Source of the DNA: Eledone cirrhosa
Lineage: Eukaryota
DNA: 64,000 nt
Assembly: GCA_964016885.1 (NCBI GenBank)
Contig: OZ024741.1
Location: 239,692,001 to 239,756,000, forward strand
Reading direction: 5' to 3'
A program made the translations under genes and the position numbers. Positions 42,848-56,538 of the stretch are shown here, piece after piece (the stretch's first letter is position 1; each line of letters starts with the position of its first letter). The notes under the pieces were generated by a model. That model was not told the DNA's origin. It was given only the letters and a program-made list of their open reading frames with translations, and made no database searches.

Positions 42848-43217
42848 TTTGAAATTAATGAAGAATTAAAAGCTTCAATGCACATGTTTTTTAACTGCAA
42901 AAAATAGAGCACATCTGCTGTATGGTATCTGGCATATGGCAGATGTATGCTTCTAAAAGTAGATCATTGTTTACATTTTGGTTGACCTCAAAATAATGGA
43001 GAATTTCATCAGCCTCGCTTTGGAGCAATCAGAAGCTTGGCTGTCCAGCACACGGCAGATATAAGTTTCAATCCCACAGGTGATGCTGTCAACTTTTTCT
43101 ATCCAGAGGCTTTTATGCCAAATTTGTTTGACTTTTTTTCATAGTCAAGAAAATATATGCATTTAAACTTGTAACTTTATGTTAATTTTCAATATTTGGC
43201 CTGCACCCACTGTCATG

Positions 43218-43905
43218 TCACCACTGCCCCCCCCCCCCCCCACATGCTGCTCTCAATGACATATTGAGAAGTAGCCTGGATGCAGCTGGCTTCCCATCAC
43301 AACTGGAGCCAGCAGACCTAGACTGCGGAGACGGCAAATGCCCCGACGGAATTAGTCTCATCCCATTTGAAGGAGGTACATCAGTCATCAAGGATGCCAC
43401 ATGTTGTGACATGTTCTCTGCCTCCAACTTAATCACTTCAGCCACAAACCCTGGTACTGCAGCCCGCAATGCACAGGACAGGAAGACAAGCAAATTACCG
43501 GGGCTTGTCCAGCCGCTTCCTCTTTGCAGCAGTCTACGTCAAGACCTCAGGCATCCTCAGACCATGTGCTATCGAGCTCCTCCATAAAATTGAAATGTCA
43601 GCAACCTATCTGAGGAAGGTGCCCCGTGAGATGGGGTGGTCATTGCAGCAGATGTCGCTGGTCATTGTCCCTGGAAATACTTTTGCAATTTTATCCGCAG
43701 GGCACATCTGTATCAGTGCCCCGCCCCAGGCATAGAACAAAGCACTCTCTTCCCTTTCCTTTCTTCCGAAGCCTAATAGTCCTTACTTTTCCCTCCTTTT
43801 CCTCTCATTTATGGCATTTATAGCCTTTCCTATTCAGCCAGATCTGCCCTTCTTTACCCCTTCCCCATCAATATTTGTAATGTTATTTATACAACTGTGA
43901 ATAAA
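43218..43905 (+). mobile_element. 3' fragment of a CRE-like non-LTR element (restriction-like endonuclease)
   Basis: H..LND..R.SL..AG.PS.LEP..L...DGKCPDGISLIPF..G....DATC, then a CT-rich UTR and AATAAA. Confidence 0.65.
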
Positions 43906-43924
43906 ATTTGTACTATTATATATA

Positions 43925-45860
43925 TCATAACCATTTTATGTCTGCTTTCCAATGCTTGCATGTGTTGGATGGGTCTTTTTCAGCAGAGCTTCCCATTGCT
44001 CAGTGCATTCCTTCAAAATTTCCTGTGATCTTCAGCAATTTCAGATCAGCTCTCCCCACCTCCACCCAAGTCTTCCTTGTTCTTTCTCTTCTGTGTCTTC
44101 CTTGCACTGGGAATTCATGGCACTTCTTCAGCCGGTGATCATCATTCATATACATCATATATACATACCAGCCCAGTCTTCTTTCTTGCACACTACACTT
44201 GATTCCTCCTATACTGAGTTTTTTTTTAGCTTTTCCACAAATTCAGCTATAAGACCCAGATCATCAGCATTCAGATATTCCTGTGGACAGCCAGTCATAA
44301 ACTCTTTTATTATGAAATGGATAACTATAATAAACCGAAGCAGGCAGAGCACCAAGCCCTGATGAACTTTTTTCTGTACATTGAATTCCTCACTAAACTC
44401 ATTTTCTACTTTCACTTTATTGAAAGTTCCTCTGTGCATGGCTTGCATTGCTCTCACAAGCAATTCTTCTATGCCTAGTTTCCTTAAGAACCACGAGATC
44501 ACAGATTGTGGTACTCTATCAAAAGCCTTCTCCAGGTCAACAAAAGCTAGATATATTAACTTACACATAACTGGGAACTTCTCTTGTAGTTGTCTCTCTC
44601 ACTAAGAAGAAGGCATCTGTAGTACTCTTCTCTGGCACAAAACCAAACTGCATCTCATCTAATTTGACACTTTTTCCTAATTAGCTGTACTAGAACACTC
44701 TCTATCACATTTATAACTTGGTCCATTAGTTTTATGCCACTAGTTGTTCCTTTCCAAAGCACCCTAACCCTAACCTTTGTAGCAAATAATAAGTTACTTT
44801 TGCACCAGTCATTGGGTATCACCCCATTGTGTATTTCCTGATAGATTATCTGGTTGATTACTTTGGCTCCAACTTCCCCGGATGATTTCAGCAACTTTCT
44901 CCAATGGTCCAACAGCTTTACTATTTTTCATCTCCTTGATTGCTATTTTGACCCTATAACTGTCAATTCCGATAGTTTGTTCATTTATTGGTTCAGCTGG
45001 GGATAGTCTTTTTACCCCATTCATTTTCCACATTCATCAATTTCTCATAGTAGCATTTCCAGGCCTTTTTGTCTTTTGAGTTTCAATGATGCTAAATGCA
45101 CTGTTGTAATTTAAATACACTTTTCTCCAACATCCTGATTCACACTAACACTCTGTTTTGCTATGCAGAACACATCACTTCTCTGATCCTCACATCACAG
45201 GGCATTCTGCTTCTTTGCATGCTATGTATACCTGTCATCTAGCTTCTCTTTTAGCTACCTGGTATTGATCTTTGCTGGCCCCATTTTTCCAGTCTTTCTA
45301 CACCTGTATTTTGGTTTTAATGGCTCTGCTATTTGGTGTTTCATTATAACCACAAATCTCATCAGTTGTCTATAGTAGGTTATCACATAGGAACTTCCAA
45401 TTATGTTGTATGTCATATGTATCTAATTCCCCCTTTTTCTCATCATATGCATCACATAGAACTTTCCTGAACCTATACTTAACAGAAAGGTTCTTTAGTT
45501 TCCATACTCTCCTCCATATTTTCCTGCATATTTTCTTCTGTCTTGTGTTTATTCTGATGTTACTATTAACTAACTTATGTTGAGCAGTGCATTCTTTTCC
45601 AGAGAAGGACTTAACATCCATAACCATATGTCTATCTCATTTTCTAACTAGTAAGAAGTCAATCTGGCTTCTGTGTTCACCTGATTGGTATATAATTAGG
45701 TGGTTCGTTGGCTTCCTGAAGTTGGTGTTGCAAATGATTAATTCATTTGCATGACAGAATTCTAGGAGCTTTGCTCCCTCTTCATTTCTTCAACCATAGT
45801 TAAAGCCACCATGTACTCTAGTGTAGCCATCCTGGTGCTGTCCAACATATCCATTAAAAC
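43925..45860 (-). mobile_element. Degenerate RTE LINE
   Basis: YLAFVDLEKAFDRVP, NADD and APE-end remnants. Confidence 0.85.
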
Positions 45861-45865
45861 TGTTA

Positions 45866-46100
45866 GAATGTCTAAGGAAAGAATCACTGGACAAATTTTA
45901 TGGCCAAACCAAACTGGCTGAGACCCAAACATAGACCACAAGCAAGATGTTTGGATAACATCCACGAGCACAATTGGACTCACTTAGGGATCCAGCCAAA
46001 TCAACTGGAGATGGTTACTTCTGATAGGACCCTCTGGAAGGCATGCCTGAAGACTCTGCTTCCACAACCCTCTAAGGAATAAGTGGGTGAAGAAGAAGAA
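45866..46100 (+). mobile_element. 3' fragment of another RTE-type LINE
   Basis: RP.HRPQARCLDNI..LGI..SDRTLWK..PQPSKE* followed by a (gaa)n tail. Confidence 0.6.
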
Positions 46101-46162
46101 TGTTGTTGAGTGGCAGCAGTGGTGGTGGTGGTGGGAATGGAGGAAAATATTTGTATACTTAC

Positions 46163-48178
46163 CATTTCGTAGAATCCATTGCATGATACCAGTTGACTTT
46201 TGTTCATTTCTGGAATTGTTTGCCAGTAAATATTGTCAACTTTTGATGTTGTGGGAGATTCTGTTTGATTACAAACATCATTCATTTCTAATATAGAAGG
46301 CAACATACTAGTGTTAAAGTTCTGTTTGACTCGAATACATTTAAAAGTGCACACTGTAATAGAAACTATGATAACCAAAGATATAAGGACACATGCTCCT
46401 ACAATGATAATTTTCAGTGTAAGGTTTACTGGTTTAGATTTTGTTGAAGTAGTATTATGTAAATATATTTTGTCGTCAAAATTTATTTTCAACAATATGC
46501 CAGTTGTAGCTGACATAACTGGAGTACCACAATCTTTCACAACAAACTCCAGTTGATATGATCCAGCATCATTTTGGTAAATTGTGCGGGAGTAAGATAA
46601 GACACCAGTGAATGAGTTAAGTTTAAATAGTTGTCCCTCATTACCTGAAAAGATTTCATACCTGGGAAAAGCATTATTTCCATTGTCTCTGTCTGAAGCT
46701 CTCAGGACAGTGATGTCATTCTTACTTTGTGGATGATAGTAGACATCCAGACTGAAAGGGTCAACATTAGGAAATGTAAAATATGGAGCATTATCATTTT
46801 TATCTAATACTTCCACTTCAACATTCACTGTGTTATTTAGAGATGGTGTTCCATTGTCTTTGACTAAAACCTCAAAGTCATAGAAATCTCTGTGTTCTCT
46901 GTCTAAAGACTGGTTTGTTGAAATAAAGCCAGACTTGTTCATCTGAAATGGTAGACGATATTGGTGTTTATTTTTCAGATAATAACTTAATTCACCCCCC
47001 TTACCAACATCTGGGTCTGTAGCATTGATAAAACCAATAGGGAAATTAGCTTTGTCATTCTCATTGGTAAGGAACTTGAATTTATCTTTGGTAAAGCGTG
47101 GTTTTACATCATTCACATCTAACACTTGTATTGAGAGATATTTATCAGTTTTGAGAGGAGGTAATCCTTTATCTTGACAGGAGACAGTGAAGTGATAATG
47201 TTCCTGTGTCTCTCTGTCTACTGCTTTCTTTAGAACTATTTTATATTTCTTAGATCCCATTGACTGTAGTTTGAATGTATCATGTTTAATATCACAGCTG
47301 ACCTCTCCATTGTCTCCAACATCATTGTCAGTGACCATCACATAAGCAATGAAACTACCAACTTTGATATCTTCCAGAATGGTAGCTGTGTTGTGATTCT
47401 CTGTAGAAATAAAGTTGACATCAATATTTGGAAGATTGTTATGTTGGTTGATAATATTTAGCTCTTGTATTGTGTTATCATTTTCACCTTTAACAGATAT
47501 TTTAACATTTAAAATACTTTGTCTTGCTGGAGTTCCTCCATCTTTAGCAATGACTTCAATATTGTAACTATCTTTCTTTTCTCTGTCTAATTTATCTTCT
47601 AAGATAATTTCTAATGTTGATATTCCATCTGCTTCTTTGGAAACACTCAATAAAAAATGTCCCTCATTATCCTGTAATTCATATTTAATTAAGCTGTTTT
47701 GATATCCAATGTCTTTGTCAACAGCATTGGGTATTGATAGTTTTGATCCTCTGCCATCTCTCTCTGAAAACTGAATATTTACTTGTTCAGTTGGAAACTC
47801 AGGTTGGTGGTCATTGATGTCTTCTATTATGACTTTCATTTTCAATATCTTCATAAATGTCTTGGATTTGTGAACAGCTACTTTCACTATTTCAAAACAT
47901 TCTTTCTCATAACTACACACAGACTCAGCATCCAATGTCTGAACAGTGTACAGTTTACCTGTTTTTGTCACATTGAACAATTGTTCTCCCTTTTGTTGTA
48001 GTTGACTAAATGTAATTAAATCCTTATTCTTTAAGAAGGAGCTATCTGATGTCTGTAAGTCAGTAGCAATGTCCCCTACATAGGAATAGGGATTACTCTC
48101 TTCTTTAACATGGTATGTGATATGTTCACTTAGATAACAGTGGAAGAAAGTCAGTAAAATACACAGAAATAACATCAT
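46163..48178 (-). CDS. Protocadherin large exon: signal peptide, five intact cadherin repeats (EC3 apparently deleted), TM and proximal cytoplasmic region. The unspliced ORF continues to 46001.
   Basis: Motifs LDAE..C, DINDHQPEF, LDRE, AKDGG, VDRE, DVNDVKPRF, DKNDNAPYF, DCGTP. TM IIIVGACVLISLVIIVSITVC. Donor ATG|GTAAGT at 46163/46162 (phase 0). Confidence 0.93.
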
Positions 48179-48225
48179 TGCTTTTTATGTTAATACAGAG
48201 TCCAGTATAAGTTCAAATAATTAAT

Positions 48226-48333
48226 CTGAAATTAAAAGAGAAAAAATTATATATTGATGAAAAGTAAATAGTTTTATTTCTTAAATGTTAAGATAAACTA
48301 GTGTAAAGGCTGAGAGAACAACTCTTCGCTTAC
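48226..48333 (-). other. Putative 108-bp 5'-UTR intron of the protocadherin
   Basis: Donor AG|GTAAGC at 48333. Acceptor ttttttctcttttaatttcAG ending at 48226, 47 nt before the ATG. Confidence 0.5.
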
Positions 48334-49941
48334 CTTACATCTTCACAATATGATGAAAACCTTTATCTGTGCATAAAGCAAATCACAGCATCTTTGCAGA
48401 TTCAGATAAACAGGTCATAATATCTTCACAGATACAGAGAAATAGATCACATTGCAGTGTTCATTCTCCCAACCATTATTCATTATCTCATTATTACCTT
48501 CGCTTTTACCTCTAGAAAAAGGATTGATCTTCTAGATGCCCAGTCCTGTTTCCTTTTCAACAAGCATAATTCTATTTTTTATTTGAAGTATATAATATTC
48601 ACATACTAAACTTTACCTCCCTTGTACTACTGTATTCTGATGTGACATGTCACGTTAATATTGGATTAAAAAGGCAATAACAATATATTTTCAATCAGAA
48701 ATATATATTTTATATATTTTATATCGGTATCGGTAAACAATAACTTGTTTTTATAGATTTGCAATGGGACAATCATTGGTTCAATGCTTGTTGGACGATG
48801 TAAGTGACAATGGAATACAGATCAAATATTTCAGGGGACTTCGTTCTCTATGCACCGGATGTTCGGGGAATCTTGCCACTCTTAACATCATACATACGCA
48901 CGAACTTACACACACAGTGAAAGAAAGGAGTACATCACACGTGTACTCAACAGTGAAAATAACATCTCGAAAATATGTGAAGAATACTTGAATAGGTACT
49001 CTGAGTGTACAGTTGTTTTGAGTGACCCAAGACTAACCTACTTAAACAGAAACTTGTAGAATAAACACTCTTTATATCAACTGAGAGCTAGAGGATCCCA
49101 ACAGCGAAGACAAAGAAGAGTAGCTTCTCTTAGACCTGTGATAGATCGTTACACACTACCCAGAGGGATGCACTTTCGTTATTCAGGAACAGGCGATAGC
49201 TGCTAAATACCTGGAGTGGTGATGCTCCGTGCAACGCTGTCCACCCCAAGAGCAAAGCGGAGGGGGAGCAATAGATCGCCTTGTTGGACGCCAGTTGAGG
49301 ATGGTATTATCATGTCCGCGGTGAGGAGCATACTCGGGGACCCGTTTGACAGGTAGGCTAGTGGTTAGGCGGACGGGGCACAACTGAGGCAAGCCTCAAA
49401 CCTGTGGTCGCGGCGCAGTCAGTTGAAGGCGTTTCTCATGTCAAGCTGGACGATGAGATGCCTAGGATCACTCAGCACTATCTCCAAACAGCACACGAGG
49501 AGGGCTAGAGTCTCTCTCTAATAATGTTTAGGCAAACCAACACACTCGCAACATTGCCGCTACTGATAGCGAGGCGAAAACACTGGGATAACCAAGCACC
49601 CTTGCAAACATCACATGATTTTTTTGGTATGATAAGAATTTCATTGTTAACGACCAAACTTCCTGAAATCTCTCGACACCACAGGCGAGTAAAATAGTTT
49701 GCTGATAATATCTGGTATTTTAGAATTATATTCCTTTCGGTTACAGATAAAGTGACCCTCAACTTTAAAGCAGCATCTAATATGTGAGAAGGAGCAAAAG
49801 AGTCGCTGATTGTGGCAAATAAGACATCTATCTCTTACACAAAAGTTAAGACCATGTGCCTTCTTCCTATCAATCTTGGACAATCCAGCTGGCTCCAGGA
49901 TTGAAAGGATAGTGACTTGAGTCAGGGTTTGCCTAATAATT

Positions 49942-50125
49942 AATTGTTTCTACTTTTGGTACAAGGCCAGCAATTATCTCAGTTTATTATTGGTACTTTA
50001 TTTTATCGACCCCGTAAAGATGAAAGCAAAGTTGACCTCGGCGGGATTTGAACTCCAACCATAAAGGGGCGTAACTCTATGCTGCAAAGCAAGGCGTCCG
50101 GCCTTCTGCCGATACTACCAATCCC
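49942..50125 (-). mobile_element. SINE family B, diverged
   Basis: Reverse complement of 33358-33540. Confidence 0.82.
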
Positions 50126-50181
50126 CTAGCTTGGAATAGCAAGCGATGTAACCTGAATTTAGGTGGCAAGACAATCCACGA

Positions 50182-50275
50182 AGACTGGGTCCTATTACTA
50201 TGTAAAGTCTGGGTCCTATTACTATGTAAAGTCTGGGTCCTATTACTATGTAAAGTCTGGGTCCTATTGCTATGG
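50182..50275. repeat. 24-bp tandem repeat (about 4 units)
   Basis: Unit gtctgggtcctattactatgtaaa. Confidence 0.9.
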
Positions 50276-51199
50276 CATTTCAATCCCCAACAGACATGAA
50301 TTCCGACTGAGTGCAATGAAAATAAGGAGCTCATCAAACTGAGATGGTCTTTGATGTTGGCTGCAGGCAGAGGATTACCCTGCCTGCCCAATAATTTTGC
50401 ACTCATGGAAAGCAGGTAGAATCTTGAGGATTGATCAAACAGAGATTTAAAAGTGTCTCGAATGTAAATTGTCCCAAACTCTCTGCTTCAGTCTATTCTC
50501 CTCTGTATCAGGAATTGACAAACCTAGCTCCCTCCACTTTGGAAAGGAGACGATGTTACTCACCAGCGGGGAGCAAACATGGATAATGCAGCCTGGTCAT
50601 GTGACTCTGGAGAGGTTCTGACATTGGCCAAGTATTTGAGTTTACCAAAGATTAAGTTGATATCACCCACATCATCAGCTGTCCAAAAATTACCACATGG
50701 TACTATTTTAACAAGGCTATCCACAGGAAAAATGGGTGGAGCATTCCAATAAAAATAGTGTCCTTGTGTAAATACAACTGGCCTGATATTGTTCTATGGG
50801 GCAAGAAACAAAATTCATGGACTGCTGTAGAGGCTAGCTGCTCAGTTTAATATATTAAATTATCATCATCATAATCACTTTATGTCCATTTTCCCTGCAA
50901 GCAAGGGTTGGACAGGTTATTACAAACTAAGTCAGTACTCAAGTGGAGCTACTAACCTTTCTACCAAGTGCTCAGATGGGCCTGGGGCTCTGCATCTCAC
51001 ACACATTCCTGCACTCTACCAAGTGCATGTTATCACAGTACCAGTACTAGGGAGTTTGACACAGCTGACAGGTCCTCCTGAACATTTCTATATTTTCTAT
51101 GTCTGTTATAGTTGTACAGTCTCTCAAAATATCTATGATTTTTATATTGTCTAGATTGTTCAGTTTGATATTTGAATGAAATATATCACTGAATATTTA

Positions 51200-51384
51200 A
51201 TTGTTTCTACTTTTGGCACAAGGCCAACAATTACCCAGTACATTACTGGTACTTTATTTTATCGACCCCGTAAGGATGAAAGGCAAAGTTAACCTCAGCG
51301 GGATTTGAACTCAGTGCATAAAGGGACATAACTCTATGTTGAAAAGGATGACGTCCGACCCTCTACCGATACTGCCAATCCACC
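51200..51384 (-). mobile_element. SINE family B
   Basis: Reverse complement of 33358-33540. Confidence 0.85.
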
Positions 51385-51800
51385 TGTCCAATGGATGTAA
51401 ACTGACTTGCATACTTCAAATTGAATCAATTAGTGGTACGATGAAGAGTTGTAAAACATTCCAAAGATTCTTCATTTGAGCTTCCTGGAATGTACATACA
51501 CACACAATCACATGCATACATATGATGCACACATAAATATATGTAAAGAATAATTGAACACACATTTTCATGTACTATATGCATCCATTACATAAATGAA
51601 AGCAGATTCACATGTACTACTATATAAATGTTTTCACATTAACAATTCCAGAAAATCTTTAGATGTAAGCAATAAAAACTCATCAGTTTGTAATAGCCAG
51701 ATTGAATTCTGCAAAGAACTTCAATAAATCTCAAAGAAAAACATATATTCATACTTTTGTGTGTGTTTGTTTGTATATGTATATATGTATTAGTGGTATA

Positions 51801-52251
51801 TGTTAGATGTAATAACATGGTTGTTAGATGAAATGACAAGAATAAATGATTTACTTTATATATAAAAAGGTTTACTTCACTTCAGTCAAAAAGAACAATA
51901 AACAAGTTACCACAAGATGCGAAAGTTGACAATGTATTTTTGCTGTTGGCTCATGAGGCTGGTGTAGTCTAAGACCAGGAGAAAGAGAGAGTAATGGTTT
52001 GTGGTTGTCTGTAGACCACAGCGGCCTGTAGATAGCAGTGAATCTTTAAATAGCTTGTCTATAGAGTACAGCTCCGATCTCTCTGTATCTGAGACGTGGG
52101 ATCATACAGGCTTTATATACCTGTCGCTTTCTGTCTCCCACCTCGAGGGGATCGCCTACGCCTGAACCTGTCCACGCCGAAAAGGATGGTGACCTAGAAT
52201 TTGACTTTTAGGTGTCACCCAAGGTTCAAGGCATGGACAGATTTTGCTACA
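51801..52251. mobile_element. Solo-LTR-like element
   Basis: TG...CTACA termini flanked by TATA/TATA. The left end resembles 55724-55945. Confidence 0.45.
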
Positions 52252-52719
52252 TATATATATATGTATACGACAGGCCTCTGCATAGTTTTCGTCTACCACA
52301 TTCATCTCACAAGGCATTGATCAACCTAAGACTATGGTTGAAGATGCCCAAGTTGCCGAGAGAGTGAGAGAGAGATGACAACAGGCTAGCAGGTCGATGT
52401 TATGGCTTGTTTGTGAATTTAAACATATATATAATGTTAAATGATGATACTGATGATGTATGTGTAAATAAGGTAATTGAAGGAATTAGTGTCTGTAAAA
52501 GGATAATTAACTATTTTAGATACCAAATCACCTGTAACTGCCTCTGGCTTTACGAAACTCAACTGTTTATTTTACAGTGTTTATCACCATCATCATTTAA
52601 TGTCTGTTCTCAACCCTATGTTTATGTAAGAACCTTTATGTTGTGCTCTAAACATCGGATTAATAATGAGAAAATTTGTTTTATTAATAAATCCTTCCAA
52701 ATTCTTGATTATATTCAAA

Positions 52720-55670
52720 ATCATTTGATTCAAAATATGGTAACAAAAGAGTGAATCTTAGATTAGGCCTGGACAATACAATAGCTACTATAATCTCTGT
52801 ATGTGCTCCACTAGTTGGGCTTGCAGATGAACAGAAGGACCACTGTTATGAGATCCTCTTACAGATTATGTAGATGACAAATGATAGCGACTTCCTTATT
52901 GTGTCTGGTGATTTCAAAGTACATATTGGAAAACATTGATGGCTTTCCCAGTGTATGAGTGTGGTACTAGAGGAATCAAGGCTTCTGGTGTTATATGGTG
53001 CAATTGACCAAACCATTTGCAACATGAATTTCAAGAAACAAGCCAGCCACCTAATTAACTACTAATCAGGGGGACATTAAGCTAAATAGACTTTATTCTC
53101 ACCAGGAAATAAGACAAATGAACGGTCATAAATGTTAAGTCCTTCCCTGACGAACAATGTGCTTCCCAACTTAGATTAGTTATCAGTGATATTAGAGAAG
53201 TGCTAGATAGACTCAAAGACAGCTAATCTGGATAAAGACATGTAAGTTGAAATAACCTTCACCTGAGGACAAATTCAGAAAAGTTTTTTTTGTTACCTAT
53301 ATCAGGATGGAAGCAGAGAGGGACAATTATAATATAGAGGAAAATTGGGAATTCTTATGTGACAACCTATTGAAGGCCACAGACCACATCCTTGGTTTTT
53401 CTAAGGTTCTAACAAGATGAAGGTGGCATAGCAGGATATATAGAGCCATAAAAGCTAAGACAGGTCTGGAAAGCTTGGAGAATAGTGGAAGCAGAGCATA
53501 AAACCAAACAACTAGAAGATAGGATAGGTTCCAGATATACTTAGCAAAAGGAGAAGCAGAATAAAAGTTAGCACATGTTTTATGATGTGAAATCAGTGTG
53601 AGGTATTCTGGATTGTGAGACAGTGTATTAGAGAAAATGAAAATGTTGTTGGGGAAAAGTATGAGTGAAATTTCAAATCTTAGTGGTGCACTTGCTCCAA
53701 CTGAAGCTTAGTATAGAAGCCTTGTTGAATGAAGGGAATGAATGGGAGAGAGAAAACCTGGCGCATGTAGACTTGACTGAGGGATCAGCCACTAAACCTG
53801 TCAGCAGTATAGTTGACAAAGTGATTAACCATTTAGCATTTAAACCAGCTGCATCCAGCCAGAATTCCCTCACCTCTTTCTGTTCAAACCAGCTGTAACT
53901 GGCTGCTCATACTAATGTTAAGGTATTGTTCTCAAAATAAATAATATCAAAATCTCATAGATTTGATATTATGTGAGATAAAGCCTTTACTGTGAAAATA
54001 CAATAGCATATATAGAGCAATGTAAATTCTAAAGGGTTAAAGATACGAAAGCAGGGAAAGATTGCTGGACCCTCTGGTATAGTTTCTGAAATGGCAATAT
54101 CTGGCAGAGAAGGGTCAGATTTGCATGGCATTGCTGGAGAGCTAAAGATAACATTCTTAGTGAAGTTCTTTTGTGGGATCCTATGCAAGGAAGAGCTAGC
54201 AGAGAACGACAAGCCAAGCCCTATATCAAGCAGGTTTGTGCCAACATAAACTACATTCTCTCTGACCTGCTGAATATTATGAACAATAAAATTGAATGTC
54301 AAGGGGATCCGTGCAAGCAGTACAACCTATTGATTGATTGAATGCATAATCAATGAAATAATACTGCATGGCGTCATGACTGGTGCAGCAATATCATTGA
54401 AAACTGCTACAGGAGTAAAGGAGACGTACTAGAAAGAGATAAATAACTACAAGGACATCAAATTGATAGACCAGGTCATGGAAGTTACTGAAAGTGTCAT
54501 GGTGCAACTGATTAGTGACAATTAAGCTAGATGAAATGCAGTTTGGCTTTATGCCAAATAGAACTACTTCTCATGCTCTCTGCTAAGCATTTGTTGATCT
54601 GTGAAGGCATTTGGCAAGGTTCTCTGCTCTGTAATCTGGTGGATGCTATGGAAGTTAAGGATAATTGAATGGCTTATGAGGGTTGTGCAAGCTATGTATA
54701 GAGGTGCAACCAACAAGGGTGTGGAAATGAGTATAGCAATGAATCTGAAGTGCTGGTTGTGATCTATCAGAATTCAATTTTTAGTCCTATTTTGTTTATC
54801 ATTGTTCTCCAGGGTATATCAGAAGAGTTTAAAACTGGCTGTCCTTGTGATTCCCTGTATGCTAATGACTTAGTCCTCATAGCTGTATCTGTAGAAGCGT
54901 TAGAGGGGAAATTCCAAACCTAGAAGCAAAACCTAAAATGGAAAATCCTAAAAGTAAACTTTGTCAAGATTAGTCTCAATATGGAGGAAAGAATACAGAA
55001 CTCTGATACTGTTAAGAAAATGGCCTTGCTTGATTTCCAAACAGAATTGGGCAGAAATTTCATAAGGTTCACATAGTGTAAGCTATGAATGCACAAGAGA
55101 TGTAGCAGTATTACAGGTAGGTTAATGGGGAAGGTAGACTTTGTATGCAGCAGATATACAGAAGAAATAAGCCATAAAAGCACACATGAAATAAATTTTC
55201 TTAATTATCAGAGTGGTTCCCTAGAAATTGTTGACAACTTTTATCTACGTGACCTAATCTGCAGGAGGAGAGGTTACTCAGAAGGAGTAGTACATAAAGT
55301 AAGAACAAGCTGTAAAAGTTTAGGGAGCTAGTACCTATGCTAACAACAAAGAGCTTCTTTCTAAGAATGTAGGGTAGACTGTATGCAAGCTGTAATGCTA
55401 AAAGGCTAGACATGGACCTTGATTGCAGAAGATCAATGAAGGCTAGAAAGAAATAAGGTAAGTATGCTCCAATGGATGTGTGATGTTAGTGTGCATCAAC
55501 TACATAGCATAAGTGAGCTGAGAGAAAAACTCAGTATAAAAGGAATATGATGTAGCCTGCAAAAGACAAGACTGCTCTGGTATGAGAGTATGTGTTGGAT
55601 ATGGAAGATGACAGTTGTATAAAGAAGTGTAAAGAGACCTCAGTGGATGGGACATGATGATGATGATGAT
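52720..55670 (+). mobile_element. Old, highly degenerate RTE LINE with nested inserts
   Basis: APE, RT and C-terminal remnants colinear with 56539-59478, ending in a (TGA)n tail. Confidence 0.82.
53829..54036. mobile_element. piggyBac-like MITE
   Basis: TTAA|ccatttagcattta ... taaattctaaaggg|TTAA. The RTE rejoins as attaaagat. Confidence 0.75.
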
Positions 55671-55763
55671 ATATATTTAACGAAGGGTTAAATAAGAAAT
55701 TGGTTAGAAGGATTTAACATAATTGTTAGATGTGTTATTGAATAATAGTTGAAATAATAATAA

Positions 55764-55868
55764 TTGTTTCTACTATTGGCACAAGGCCAGAAATTACCCA
55801 GTACATTACTGGTACTTTATTTTATCGACCCCGTAAGGATGAAAGGCAAAGTTAACCTCGGCGGGATT
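55764..55868 (-). mobile_element. SINE family B, 5'-truncated
   Basis: TSD ttgaaataataataa. Confidence 0.85.
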
Positions 55869-56368
55869 GAAATAATAATAATAATAAATGTAATAACGAG
55901 AATATGAAGAATAAATGTTTTGGTTTATATATGGTTTACTTCACGTGAATCAATTAAAAAGTACATATAGAGAACGTCTCTATGAACCACCTAATAGAAC
56001 ATTAGTCTACGACTTCTTTTATACCATAAACGTGGTTTTGTCTTTGCGTGTAATTGTTTTTCACCGCTCCAAATAATGACGTATTATATTTGTTTTTTCC
56101 CGTTCTTTGCCAGGGAACGCTTCCAGGAACCAAAGTATCGTCTTCCTGTCTTCCTCCGGTTGCAACGTTTTTTGAAATATTCACTTCTGCGTTCACAGAT
56201 TGACTTTGTTAGTTTCAGAAGATCCCGTTAAGGGTGAAAGTAGCTATTCTTTGCTTAAACTTTAATCTGTTATTTTAATAAATATTTGCTCTATGGTTCT
56301 TATATATTTGATATATATTTATCCTTATCGAGCCCTCTTTGGATTTTAGTCTTCAAATTTATTATTAT

Positions 56369-56435
<67 letters not shown>

Positions 56436-56538
56436 GATAAATCTACCAAAATGTACGGTAGTGTCCAATCTGTATGATGAATTTTTTAATATAAGGAACT
56501 GTTTCTTTGTTTATTCATTATTTTTATTAATTTATATT

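Noticed and set aside
46001-46162. Genuine conserved protocadherin cytoplasmic motif
   Set aside because: It lies after a consensus donor and is encoded by simple repeats and antisense LINE sequence. Kept only as a read-through hypothesis.
48648-49153. Solo LTR upstream of the protocadherin (tgtcacg...cgttaca, AATAAA)
   Set aside because: No matching TSD and no second copy in the window, so the boundaries are unsupported.
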